Assembly: GCA_977017645.1 (NCBI GenBank)
Contig: OZ360233.1
Location: 75,950,001-76,014,000 of the forward strand
DNA: 64,000 nt
Direction of reading: 5' to 3'
Source: Torpedo marmorata
Lineage: Eukaryota
How positions within the stretch are numbered: the first letter of the stretch is position 1; each line of letters starts with the position of its first letter. Below, in pieces: positions 13,704 through 26,024 of the stretch. The notes beneath the pieces were generated by a model that was not told the DNA's origin, did no database searches, and saw only the letters and a list, made by a program, of their open reading frames with translations. The translations under genes were made by a program, and so were the position numbers.

Positions 13704-14748
13704 CTAAAAGAAAAAATATATCAGTCATGTGGTTTGAATAATTTTTTATAGGAACATGCATTTGTGTAGAATCTTTGATGTAATAAAACATGATAGGAAC
13801 ATTTTCAAATATTTGACATGAGCAACATAATGAAATCTGAAGACCTTATTTTGGATTAATTTTATGAGTTGAAGAATGTTGGCACATGACCAAAGAATAG
13901 ACATGTTACATGTTCAGTTTAATGTATCAATCTAAAGACTGTACCCGTCTCCTCAGCACTGCAGGAGGGGAGTGTCCTCACCAGATTGATAGTCACTATC
14001 GAGCTACGCCTCCAAATGTCAGCCTTGATTATCTACATTTCAAAAACCATCTCCCGTCACCTTCTGACTCAAAAGCGAAAGTGGTCCTGTTCTTCGGGCA
14101 GATCTATATCCACACATGACAATTCAAGCCACAGATTCAAGTCTAACATACCTACCTTGAACATAGTGGTGACAACCACTGTATTACGGTAACTAGCAGA
14201 AGAATCACAGAGAAGTTGAAGGAAAAATAAAATCAGGCAGTGAACTAGAATCCATTGTCTGCCTATTTTTTTTAAAAAGGGGATTTGAATATAAACTTGC
14301 AGAATAAAAGGCTTAAGATGATGTGGATAAAGTGGGGAAATGGGATTAATTGGAAAGCTCTTTCAGTGAGCTACGATGGACACAAAGTTCCAAATATTCT
14401 TTGTCAGTGCGGTATGATTCTTTATCAGGAGATCTTATTTTACTGGGAAATCTGTGTTTGATAACTGACTGGTCTATTTCCCACCTCTGATTATACGTTT
14501 TTAGTGGCGAAAGCCATCAAGACCCTTTGGTGTTTTTAGTGCTCAGCACCTCAAACTTTCGATAAAAATTAAGAAACCATTGCTGCTTTAGAATCAGTTA
14601 TTGACCAGCGTCTGACTGGAGATAGAATTCTTCGGATAATGTCAGTTTCTACCCAAACTCTCCAGAGTATCTTGATCCATTCAAGCCTCATTGAAAAAGT
14701 AATCCAGGATGCCTTTGCAATTTATATGCCCCACCCAGCAAGCATTAG

Positions 14749-15615
14749 GCAGGGGTGGCTTAACACAAGAGCCACATACAATAAACTTCAGATGTTTGAG
14801 AGCCGCAAGACATGAAAAAATTACATACACATTTTTACTCTTACATGCACATTTTGTTACAAAAAATTTATATAAATATTAAGAAATACATGTACATAAT
14901 AATATTTATTCATGTATGTAGTTTTTAAACTGCTAATTTGTATTAGTTTCAATAATCAAAAAGTACACATAATATATATATTCTCGTCTAATAGTCGAAT
15001 TTTGTGGACCAATTTTTCAGGTAAGATTTATGGGGTCGACTATTACACACATACTCCTTTTGACCGCGGTAAGTATCTGCGTCATTAGAGGCGTCGGGAG
15101 CTCGGATGGGCAGCCGGGACCGGGTGGTAAGTCCGAGTTCAGTGCTTCAGGAGCTTGGATGGGTGGACGGACGGCCAGGCCTAGGTGAGAGTCCGCAGTC
15201 GGGGTGTCGGGAGCTCAGATGAGAGGGCGGCAGGGGCGTCAGGAGTTCGGATAGGAGAGCGGCCGGGGCACCAGGAGCTCGGATGGGAGGGCGGGCAGGG
15301 CCTAGGTGAGAGTCCGTGGTCAGGGTGTCGGGAGCTCTGGTGGGCGGGCGGCCTGGGCCTAGGCGAGAGTCCCCTTTCGGGGCGTCGGGAGGTCCGGAGG
15401 ACGGGTGGCCGGGACCTGGGCTAGAAACGGCAGTTGGGGCATCGGGAGCTTGGATGGGCGGGGGGCAGGTCGATTTTTACACGGTATCGACTATTACACG
15501 CGTATATACGAGAAACATACCAAATATCTTCAATCGCAAGCCACGCCCACTATAATTACTATTGAGACCGGCTTATACGATTCCTGTCTCAGCCAACATA
15601 TTTTCATGAGCCGCG
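14749..15615. mobile_element. Nested DNA-transposon remnants: hAT-like start plus Tc/pogo-like element (~14975-15510) with GC-rich internal repeats
   Basis: CAGGGGTGGC..GAGCCAC/GAGCCGC subterminal motifs; TCGACTATTACAC repeats and GCGTATATACG end; degenerate GTCGGGAGCTCGGATGGG tandem units. Confidence 0.5.
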
Positions 15616-16380
15616 CGTGTGTGTGTGTGTGTGTGTGTTTTTTCTATGTACGTGCAGACTAAATGCTATCAAACTTGAATGAACAACTTTAAGATCATCT
15701 TTTCCATGACTGAGTGTCCTCATCACAAAAGAAGAGTATTGCACTGGAATATTTTAAGGTGTTTCACAGGAATAGACAGACACAGCATGAAACAAGCCCG
15801 TCGGCACAACAAGTTCACACCAGCCATCAACCACCCATTTATACTAATCCTACATTAATCCATCATTTCATTCTCATCCCACATTCTCTCACTCAGCTAC
15901 GCCCCAAGGGTAATTTGCAGCTGCCAATTAATTGACCAGCCTGCACAACTTTGGAAACCGGAGCAACTAGAAGAAACCAACATGGTCACAGGGAGAACGT
16001 GCAAACTTCACGCAAACAGAAGCAGAGGTTAGAGTTGAACCAGAGTCTCTGACACTGCAAGGTAGCGGCTCCACTAGCTGCACCGCGTGTTACTAAATTA
16101 CACGACAGCACAGATGTGGCCCATTCAACCTATTGGTAAAGGCAGATACTTATGTTCTGAACAAACCTCATCACAACCTACTTCATCTCACCATGTCAGC
16201 TTATCCTCCTGTCCCTCATCAACATCCAGCTTCCTCTCAAATCCATCCATATTGTTTGCACCCAACATCATGCAGAATCTACAGAGCAATGAGTTCATCC
16301 ATCCAGAGTTAACTCACAATCCTTATTATTCTCAATGGTTTCTGAGACAACCCCTGCGATGCAGTAGTTAGTTCATTGTA

Positions 16381-19300
16381 AGACCATCAGACCATAAGAC
16401 ATAGGAGCAGAAATAGGCTATTCAGCCCATCGAGTCTGCCCTGCCACTCAATCATGAGCTGATCCATTCTCCCACAGCCCCACTGCCCAGCCTCTTCCCA
16501 TAACTATTGATGCCCTGGCTAATCAAGAACCTATCAATCTCTCCCTTAAATACACCCAATGACTTGGCCTCCATTACCGCCTGTGGCAACAATTTCCATA
16601 GATTCACCACCCTCTGGCTAAAGAAATTCTTCCGCATCTCTGTTCTAAGTGCTGTCCTTTAATCCTGAAGTTGTGCCCTCTTGTCCTAGACTCTCCGACC
16701 ATGGGAAAGAACCTTTCTACATCTACTCTGTCCATACCTTTCAACATTTGAAATATTTCAATGAGATAAGAATCAGAATTTATTGTCATGAACAAGTCAT
16801 GAAAGTCGGTGTTTTGCGGCAGCATCATAGTGCAAACATTCATATTATAACCATCTACGACATTACTATAAAATATATATATATATAATAGTGCACAAAA
16901 AGTAAGGCAGTGTCTTTGGTTCATTGATTATTCAGGAATCTGATGGCAGCGGGGAAGAAGCTGTCCTTGTGCCATTGAGTGCTCGTCTTTAGGCTCCTGT
17001 ACCTTTTTCCTGATGGTAGCAGAGTGAAGAGGGCATGGCCTGGGTGGTGGGGGTCTTTGAGGATAGAGGCTGCTTTTTTAAGACACCGTCTCGTGTAGAT
17101 GTCCTCGATGGAGTGAAGTCTGGTGCCTGTGATGTCACAGGCCGAGTTAACAACCCTCTGGAGTTTATTCTTGTCCTGAGAGTTGGCACCTCCATACCAG
17201 GCAGTGATGCAACCAGCCAGAATGCTCTCCACGGTACACCTGTAGAAGTTTACGAGAATCTTCGGTGACATACCGAATCTCCTCAGACACCTCACAAAGT
17301 ATAGACGCTGGTGAGCCTTCTTTCTGATTGCATCAACGTGGAGGCTCCAGGACAGATCCTCGGAGATGTTGACACCCAGGAATTTGAAGTTCTTGACCCT
17401 CTCCACGACTGAGCCCTCGATGAGGACTGGGTCATGTTCCCCATACTTCCTCCTGAAGTCCACAATCATCTCCTTGCTTTTGCTGACGTTGAGCGCAAGG
17501 TTGTTGTCATAACACCATTCAATGAGCTGATCTATCTCCCTCCTGTATGCTTCCTCATTGCCGTTTGTGATTCTGCCGACAACTGTGGTGTCATCAGCAA
17601 ACTTGTAGATGGCATTGGAATTGTGCCTGGCCACACAGTCATGAGTGTATAATGAGTAGAGCAGTGGGCTAAGCATGCATCCTTGGGGTGCGCCTGCGTT
17701 GATAATCAGTGAGGAGGAGACGTTGTTTCCAATTCGTACTGACTATGGTCTTCCGATGAGAAAGTCAAGGATCCAGTTGCAGAGGGGAGTATAGAGGCCT
17801 AGAGTTTGTAGCTTCTTGACCAGCACTGAGGGAATAATAGTATTGAAGGTCAAGCTGTAGTCGATGAAGAGCAGCCGTATGTATGAATTGCTGTTTTCGA
17901 GGTGATCCAGAGCTGAGTGGAGAGCCAGCGATATTGCATCTGCTGTGGAGCGATTGTGACAAAAGGCGAATTGCAGTGGGTCCAGATCTTTGCTTAGGTA
18001 CGTGTTAATTCTGGCCATGACCAGCCTCTCAAAGCATTTCATCACAGTAGAAGTTAGTGTTACTGGGCGGTAGTCGTTGAGGCAGCTCACACTACTCTTC
18101 TTAGGTACCGGGATGATTGATGCCCTTTTGAAGCAGGTGGGAACCTCTGACTGCCGCAATGAAAGGTTGAAAATGTCCGTGAACACTCCGGCTAGTTGGT
18201 TGGCGCAGATTTTCAGTACCCTGCCAGGTACGCCGTCAGGGCCTGACGCCTTGCGAGGGTTCACCCTCTTGAATGATGTTCTGATGTCACCCTCAGAGAC
18301 AGATATCACAGGGTCCTCAGCCTTTTCAGGGATTCTAGTAGGCACTGTTTGGTTCTTCTTCTCAAAGCGGGCATAGAAGGTGTTTAGCTCATCGGGTAGT
18401 GAAACAGCACAGCCGTCTATAGTGTTCGCCCTCGCTTTGTATGCTGTAATGGCCTGCACTCCCTGCCATAGCTGGCGTGTATCTGTCTCTGTCTCTAGCT
18501 TCCTCCGGAATTGCCACTTTACTTCAGAGATGGCCTTCCGCAGGTCGTGGTTGGACTTCTTGTAAAGATCCCGGTCCCCGGCCTTAAACGCCCTTGTTCT
18601 CGCCCTCAGCAGGTTGTGAATTCTCTGATTCATCCAGGGCTTCTGGTTGGAGAACACCCGGTATTTGCGCATGGGCACACACTCATCCACGCAGGTCTTG
18701 ATGAAGTCAATGACACCTGTTGCATATTCATTCAGGTCTATGGATGAGTGCTTGAATATGTTCCAGTCCACCGATTCAAAGCAGTCCTGCAGACGCTCCT
18801 CCGCCTCCCTCGACCACACTTTCGCCGTCCTCTCCACTGGTGCTGTGGTCTTCAGTCTCTGCTTGTACGCCGGGAGTAGAAGTACAGCCAGGTGATCAGA
18901 CTTGCCGAAGTGCGGTCGTGGTATGGCTCGGTATGCGTTCTTCACGGTGGTGTAGCAGTGGTCGAGTGTGTTGGTTCCCCTGGTCTCGCATGTGATGTGT
19001 TGGTGGTAGTTTGTCAGTAACTTCTTCAGGTTGGCCTGATTGAAGTCTCTCACAATGATCGGGAAGGCATCAGGATGTGCTGTCTCATGGCTATTTATCA
19101 CAGTGCTCAGTCCCTCCAGTGCCAGCCTGAAGTTAGCCTGGGGCAGAATGTACACTGCGACCAGGATGATGGCGGTGAACTCCCTCGGCAGGTAGAATGG
19201 GCAACACTTGATCGCCAGATGTTCCAGGTCGGGGGAGCAGGACAGGGACATGACCGTCACGTCTGTGCACCACGATGAATTGATGATGACACAAACGCCG

Positions 19301-20140
19301 CCTCCCCTGGTTTTTCCAGACGCCGGTGTTCAGTCAGCACGATGGAGGGTGTAGCCCTTGGGCTGCAGCTCCGTGTCCGGAATGTCCGTGTTTAGCCACG
19401 TTTCTGTAAAGCGCATCACGCAGCACTCCCTGATGACTCTCTGATGTTGAAGTCTGGCTTGGAGTTCATCAAGTTTGTTCTCCAAGGATTGTACGTTGGC
19501 CAGGAGGATGGTAGGGAGCGGAAGATGCAGGTCCCCGCATCTCAGCTTGACCTGTAGCCCCCCTCTGCATCCACGTGGTCGGGTCTTCTTTACCTGGCCC
19601 GTGGGTCCGCTGCTGGTAGTTCCCGCGGTGTTTTAATGGTCCGTGCGCTGTCCCTTTAAATCCTCCGCGATGTGTAAGTGTGTTGAGTGCCTGCTGTCTG
19701 CGACTCCCATGAAGTTTAAATGGCCCGTTCTCTGGCTGTTTAAAACTCCCGCGGTGTTGTTGTTGTACTTGCGTGAGCTGTTTAAAGGTCCCGCGGCCCG
19801 ACGGAGACTGCCGCTTCTGCCGATTCCAAGGTCTGCCAGCGATCTTAGTACATCCATGTTGTCGGGTAAGTTTGATTTTATGTTTCTCGTTTTTTGTTTG
19901 ATTTTTAGAAGTTCTGAACGGGAATATTTGATTATTCCCATCAGAGCTGCACGCAAAGAGTCGCCGATGTAAGGCCCCATCCCCCCTCATTCTCCTAAAT
20001 TCCAATGAGTGCAGGCCAAGAGCCATCAAATGTTCCTCTTATCTTAACCTTTTCATTCCCATAATCATCCTTGTGAACCTCCACTGAACCCTCTCCAACA
20101 TCAGCACATTCTTTCTTAAATGAGGAGCCTAAAACTACTC
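16381..20140 (-). mobile_element. CR1-type LINE 3' fragment interrupted by the Rex1-like LINE
   Basis: MRKNFFSQRVVNLW and ESRTRGHN motifs on the left; continuation cccccctcattctcc... on the right of the insertion. Confidence 0.75.
16768..19980 (-). mobile_element. Near full-length but disrupted Rex1/Babar-like LINE (same family as the 35-38 kb copy)
   Basis: ORF pieces 16921-17676, 17743-19260 and 19633-19980 are near-identical to the 35-38 kb element, with premature stops; TTCTGA tail; splits a CR1 fragment (16381-16767 and 19981-20140). Confidence 0.9.
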
Positions 20141-20329
20141 ATTTGTTTGGTTAGGTGCAGAAGTATTTCCATATTTCAGATCTACTTTAACCTTTCACTA
20201 ATTTCAAACTGGGTCATCTTGCAATTTTATTGGAAATACAATTCCAGATTTACCTTCTCTTGATTATATACTCATATTTCATGCAATGGATGTGACATTA
20301 AAATAAGGTGATCCGTGTCCATTTGTGTA

Positions 20330-20860
20330 GGCATAAGCCCTTTTTATGGTGCAACCCCGCAATAAAGAAGGCTCTATAAAAAAAAATAAAAAGGTGAACT
20401 TACTTTTTATGGTGACGACCTATATGACGTTTCCAGCGTTGTCTTTATGCTGAGATGCGTCGGGAGCCGGCTTCCCAATCTGAGGGAGGCAGGCGAGTGG
20501 TGCAGTAGCGCCGCCCGTCGCCGTGAAGTCGAATATACGTGCCGAGAAATGGCCGTCTTCGTTATCCAGAATCCCCCACGCAGCTGGAACCGCTCTGTCA
20601 GTGCCAGCGCCAGGGAAACGCAGAGCGGTTCCAGCTGCGTGGGGGATTATGGGTAACGAAGACGGCCATTGCCATATAGATCCACTCGATTACGTCATCG
20701 CGATGTCATCAGCCCTCCCCTTTGCAGCCGCTTTCAGCGGCATTCGTTTTATGGAGGAGGTGGAGAGATTCTCTCCACCTCTGTGTCTACCTCCTAGGCG
20801 TTTCGGAGTTCACCTTGGCAATCCTCCATCGGACTTTTTAATGAAGGTAAGTGAGGCGAC
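20330..20860. promoter_or_regulatory. CpG-rich intronic element, candidate bidirectional promoter
   Basis: Locally high CpG in apparently non-repeat sequence; YY1-like AAATGGCCG; ZNF143/Staf consensus match TTACCCATAATCCCCCACG (minus strand); CRE-like TGACGT and TTACGTCA; GTAAGT donors facing outward at 20398-20403 (-) and 20847-20852 (+). Confidence 0.55.
20548..20670. repeat. 50-bp inverted repeat (48/50 identical) with 23-bp spacer
   Basis: Arm 20548-20597 AATGGCCGTCTTCGTTATCCAGAATCCCCCACGCAGCTGGAACCGCTCTG; arm 20621-20670 is its reverse complement with two substitutions. Confidence 0.95.
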
Positions 20861-20934
20861 TTAAAGACAGAAATGTTCTGTCTTTACAGTCGCTTTCTTT
20901 GCACTATAAAAGGGGCTATAGAAAATCATGGGGT

Positions 20935-21413
20935 ATCACAAAGCTATTACAGCGCCAGCGACCCGGGTTTGAATCCTGCGCTGTCTGTAAGGAGTTTGTA
21001 CATTCTCCCCGTGTCTGCGTGGGTTTCCTCTGGATGCTCTGGTTTCCTCACACCCTCCAAAAAAAAACATACAGGATTTGTAGGTTAATTGGTGTAATTG
21101 GGCAGTACAGGCTCGTGGGCCGGATGAGTCCGTTACCATGCTGTATTTTTTTTTTAATTTAAATTTTTTAAATTTAGACATACAGCACAGTAACAGGCCC
21201 TTCCGGCCCATGAGCCCGTGCCGCCCAATTACACCCAATTAACCTACAACCCCCATACGTTTTGAAAGGTGAGAGGAAACTGGAGCACCCGGAGGAAACC
21301 CACGCAGACACGGGGAGAACGTACAAACTCCTTTCAGACTGCGCTGGATTCGAACCTGGGTCGCTGCCGCTGTAACAGCTTTGCACTAACCGCTACGCTA
21401 GCCATGCCGCCCT
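20935..21413. mobile_element. Two tRNA-headed V-domain (HE1-like) SINEs, tail to tail
   Basis: Core TGTAAGGAGTTTGTAC.TTCTCCCCGTGTCTGCGTGGGTTTCCTC in both orientations, joined at an AT-rich tail. Confidence 0.8.
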
Positions 21414-22711
21414 CTAAAAAATAATCATCTAAAGACCAGACGACCCCACACCTGTAGCCAACCAATATCCATCAAACAACATTACTAAAGTCACAGAGTA
21501 TCTGGTCATTGCTACCAACTGGCTGTCACATTTCCAATTAAAGCAAGCAAACCTTTACAGAGCTTAAATGGCTCCCAAGTTCATGAAAAGTATTATGTAA
21601 AAATGCAAGTGGTTTATTTAATTATTTGTACAGGATTACTTTAAGATGTCTCCTTTCCCAAGGGCTAGAAACTCACATTAGCTGGTTGTACACAACAAAC
21701 AGCATGTTAAGGCTTTGGAATTGTCTCATTGGTATCTCAGACACTAATATCAGATGCAGGAGGCAGCCCATGTGCTTTTGTCTCGAGCTGTATTAGGACT
21801 TTGGATGAAAAGGTAGGTGGGTGGGTTAGTAAGTTGTAAACGATACTACGATTGGTGGAGATGTGGACAGTGTAGAGGGCTATCAAAGAATAATACAGGA
21901 TAAAAATCAGTTATGGATATGGGGAAAGAAATGACAGATTGAGTTTAATCTGGACAAGTGTGAGATGTTGCCCTTTACGAGGTCAAATGGAAGGAGATTG
22001 CATCCTGTTAATGGCAGGATGCATAAAAGCATGATATGATATGCAGAGGGATCTGGGGGTCCAGGTCCATCGCTTCTTGAAAGTGGCCATGCAAGCAGAT
22101 GGGGTGGTAAAGAAAGCGTATGCTCTACACACCATCATTGGGCAGGGCATTGAGTATAAATGGAAGCCATGTTGCAATGATACAAGACTTTGGTTTGGCT
22201 GCATTTGGAGTGTTGTGTGTAATTCTGGTCGTCCCCTCCCAAGAAGGAAATGCAGGCTTTGGAAAGGATACTGAAGAATTTTGCCAGGATGTTTCCTGGA
22301 TTAGAAGGAATGAGCATTGGGGAGTGGTTGGACAAACTTGGGTTGTTTTCCCTTGTTAACCTGATAGAAGTTTATAAAATCATGAGAGGCATTGATGGGT
22401 AGACAGTCCGAAACAAAATGTCACATCCTTGAGAACATGTATTTGAAGTGTGGGGTTGGGGGAGGTTAATCAGTTGTGGAAAAAGCAGCCTGGTGGCAGG
22501 TACAATAGTAGCATTTAAGTTCTTCTAGATAGACAAATGAATGTGCAGGAAATAGAGGGATATGTATCAGGTGCAAGCAGAGATTTAGTTTAATTTGGGC
22601 ATTATGTTTGGCGCAGACCCGTGGCCACAAGGTCTGGCCCTGTGCTGTTCTGTATTTCTACCTCACATAATCTTTCTACTTCAACCTTAATTATCTTGGA
22701 ATCATGGGCTC

Positions 22712-23475
22712 CGTATAATTATCTTAAAAAAAGAACAATTGAAAATAAAATAAAAAGAAAGAAAAAAAAAGACAAAAAAAAGAAAAAAAACACTAATAAC
22801 TAATCTATTCTAACCCTTCCCTCTAAGCAAGGTTACCTTGATGTTGGAAAAAAGAAGGAAAAGAACAAAAAAAAGGTATGGATCCTGTAGCGACCTCCAA
22901 GCATTGGACAGAGAGTCCCCGGGATAGTCAGTTTTGTTAATTCTCCAATCATGATAGTATTCAATGAATGGCCCCCAGATCTTTAAAAATTGAAACTTTC
23001 TATCTTTAATATTATATCTAATTTTCTCCAAACTCAGAAAGGACATTACATCTAGTAACCACTGTCTATGTGTCGGTGATAACTCATCTTTCCATTTCAA
23101 TAAAATTGCCTGTCTGGCAATCAACGTGGAAAAAGCTAAAACCTTTTCCTGTGATGCAGACAAAGGTATGTTAAGTTCACGTGAAAAACCAAACAGAGCA
23201 ATTATAGGACATGGTTCAATATTAATCTTAAAAATCAATGATAAAATTTTTTAAATATCCTTCCAAAATCTCTCCAGATTGGGGCATTCCCAAAACATAT
23301 GTATCAGTGAAGCTTCAAAAATTTTATATCTCTCACACAACAATTTACCCAGTTTTAAAAAAATATATACATGTATGAATACCATCTGATTTTTTGAATG
23401 TTTTTCTTAATTTGTTATTCTGTATACATGTTTATTGTTGAAACTCAATAAAAATATTTTTAAAAGAAAAAGAAA
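22712..23475. mobile_element. L1-clade LINE 3' end with 5' inversion
   Basis: 22712-~23340 is ORF2 C-terminus plus part of the 3' UTR on the minus strand; ~23340-23475 is the terminal 3' UTR/AATAAA/A-tail on the plus strand; 14-bp TSD GGAATCATGGGCTC at 22698-22711 and 23476-23489. Confidence 0.85.
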
Positions 23476-23748
23476 GGAATCATGGGCTCATGCAACGTGG
23501 AAACAGGCCCTTCGGCCCACCAAATCTATGCTAACCATCAAAGTCCCATTTACACTAGTCTTACTCTGATCCCATTTTGTTATATCCACTATCAGGGATA
23601 AGTTTTTACTCTGTATAAAGTGAAGGGAGGAAAGTTTAGGGGAGACATCAAGGGTAAGTATTTTTTTTACATAGAGTGTTGTGGGTGCCTGGATCGCAAC
23701 GCCAAGGGTGGTGGTGGAGGCTGGAACATTATGGGCATTTAAGAGACC

Positions 23749-24093
23749 TGTCGCGGTCACGTACTTACCTTCATCGGGAGTGGACCCGGCCGCCGCTGAT
23801 GACGTAAGCGATGCGACACGCGGGGGTAATAGCGCACATGCACGTGTGTGTTAAGCGTCAGTATACAAGTGATGGATCTCAGACGCAGGAGGAGGAGAGT
23901 GAGAGTGTCAGGATCACCCGTGTGGCAGTGAGCCAATGAGAAGGTCAGAGGAGTTTAGCTGTTTGGGGAGTTGAAGAATGCAATGTTGTGTCTAGTGAAT
24001 AATAAAAGAAAGTCGACTTCATGATGTGCTGAAAGAAACGAGTGAGTGTATTCTTTATTTGTTTGTAAGCTGTGGTAAATCAGTGCCGTTACA
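23749..24093 (+). mobile_element. Solo LTR (TG...CA)
   Basis: TGTCGCGG...CCGTTACA ends, internal AATAAA, 4-bp TSD-like GACC/GACT; interrupts the CR1 sequence AAGAGACTCTTAGACAGG. Confidence 0.7.
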
Positions 24094-24149
24094 GACTCTT
24101 AGACAGGCCCATGGATGCAAGAAAAATAGAGGGCTCAGAAGTTGGAAGG

Positions 24150-24935
24150 TGTATTGGGAAGGGTTGTGTCTGTCATGTGACAGCACTGCCCCCCACCTAA
24201 TCGAAGGATACACCACCTGCCAATGAAGGTTTGGCCCAGCCCCACCCATTAGTGCACACCTTGCTGTTGGCCAATTTAAATTCCTTTGTACTTGGCCTTG
24301 GGCCATTGGCCTTTGTAATCAGCTTAACCTTCCTGGCACCGAGCCATTGGCCCCCTGTTAACGACCTGGGCTGGACCCCCCAGCCCTCCAGCACTATAAA
24401 GGTGCCATGTGTTCTTTGTTCTCTCTCTTTGCTAACTTGAGACCACCCTGCTTCACTCCAGGCCTAGAAACGTGGAAGGGCGCTGGAGAAATTGTTGGTA
24501 AGATGTGCGCTGTTTAAAAGGGTTGGGAGCATTTAATTAGTGTTCCTAAGTAGCACAGAGCCGTACCTGCACTGAGTCAAGGGGTGGTGGGGCATCATAT
24601 TGATTTTTACTTGATTATTGTATGTACCCAGTTGGTTATATGTGTGTGTGTACTTTGTTCCCACGCGAGTTTCAAACAATTGCTATGAAACTGTGCACGT
24701 TGCTTATTGCCGTCCCGACTTTTCCCACGATCGCTTTTAAATTGTGTGCGTTGTTCCATCACCGCTACTATTTTCCAAGGGCTACTGTAAATTGTGCATG
24801 TGTGTGTGTGTATTGCCTCTGCTGCTATTCCCCCACGTTTTGCCTTCTGTAAATAAAATTCTTTACTACCAAAGCTGTGTGTCTAGAGTCCTTGCCTTTG
24901 AGACCCACCAAACCTGTTTCCTCACTCACAATAGA
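24150..24935 (+). mobile_element. Probable second solo LTR
   Basis: TGTATTG...CAATAGA ends, CCAAT, TATAAA (~24395) and AATAAA (~24851); interrupts the same CR1 tail. Confidence 0.55.
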
Positions 24936-25701
24936 AGGGTTTAGTTTTTTTTTGGTAGGAAAAACATTGAGGGCCTGTACTGTGCTGTAATGTTCTATGT
25001 TCTATCCCATCATTTCTGCCAGATTGTACCCCTCACCTACCCCAGGAGCAATTTATAGTGACCAACTGATACATCTTTGGAATGCGGGAGGAAACACTCG
25101 TGGCCACAGGAAGATGGTGCATATTCCACAAAGTGGTCAGGATTGACCCCTGGTTGCTGGTGCAGTGTGGCAACAACTCTACTAGCAGGACCACCTTAGG
25201 AATCAGCAACCAGAGCTACTTCCCTGCACTGCTCTCAAGGCCCATTGTCTCCCATACCTGGGCAAGGACTTTCTCTGATCCATAGTCTCCTGAGCACTGG
25301 TTGCTCCCTGTATCTCCCCCTCTTCCAATCAACGACTGGGCAAACACAACCAGTGTCAAGTAAGCATGAACATTCTGCTAGGTATAGCTAGATAGACTAG
25401 GAAACCTGGAAATCCATTTGCCCTTCCTCTTCCAAAAGTACCCTTCTATCAGTTCAAATTTTTGGGAAAAGAGGCAACAAATGGGTTAACGTTGGCAAGA
25501 TTTTAACGAGAGAGGCTAAATGATCGTCCCTTGTCCACATGATCTAATCCAGAACAGGTTCCTTTGCTTTGAGTAATCCGGTCAGGGATCTCAGTGCATT
25601 GTATGTCTCAGTGGTACATCTTTCCATTCAGCTTCTGGCAGCATCATGTCTACAACTATTTACAGTTCAATCAATCAGGAGTCCCCACCTCCAATACACA
25701 C

Positions 25702-25818
25702 CTGAAATAAAGTGTTGGTTCCCGTCATCCGGGCCGGGCTGAGAGTGGCCACAGGACTGAGTGTGCTCCAGAAATGTATGCTGGAGAGCAATGGACTGGG
25801 AGTCAGCAAGAACGGGGT
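25702..25818 (-). CDS. ELK4: ELK4 third coding exon (C-domain transactivation region)
   Basis: 117 nt, too short for the ORF track. Manual translation [39 protein letters not shown]. Acceptor ttgtttcag|ACC; donor CAG|gtgtgt. Confidence 0.95.
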
Positions 25819-26024
25819 CTGAAACAAGGATCACAAGATTAGAATCATCGCAATCAGCAAATCCTGGACCACAGGCTTCATCCAGTGGACAGTATTACGG
25901 CAACACTGAAATCTAGAACCTGAAAAGTTGTGAACATGTGAGGATAACCAAGCATTTTTAAGGCTGAATTTGATGATTTCATTGCGTTCAGAACAAAAGC
26001 AGGTAAATCAGGTTGATCTGCAAT

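Noticed and set aside
15060-15480. CpG island promoter
   Set aside because: GC-rich tandem repeats inside a DNA-transposon remnant.
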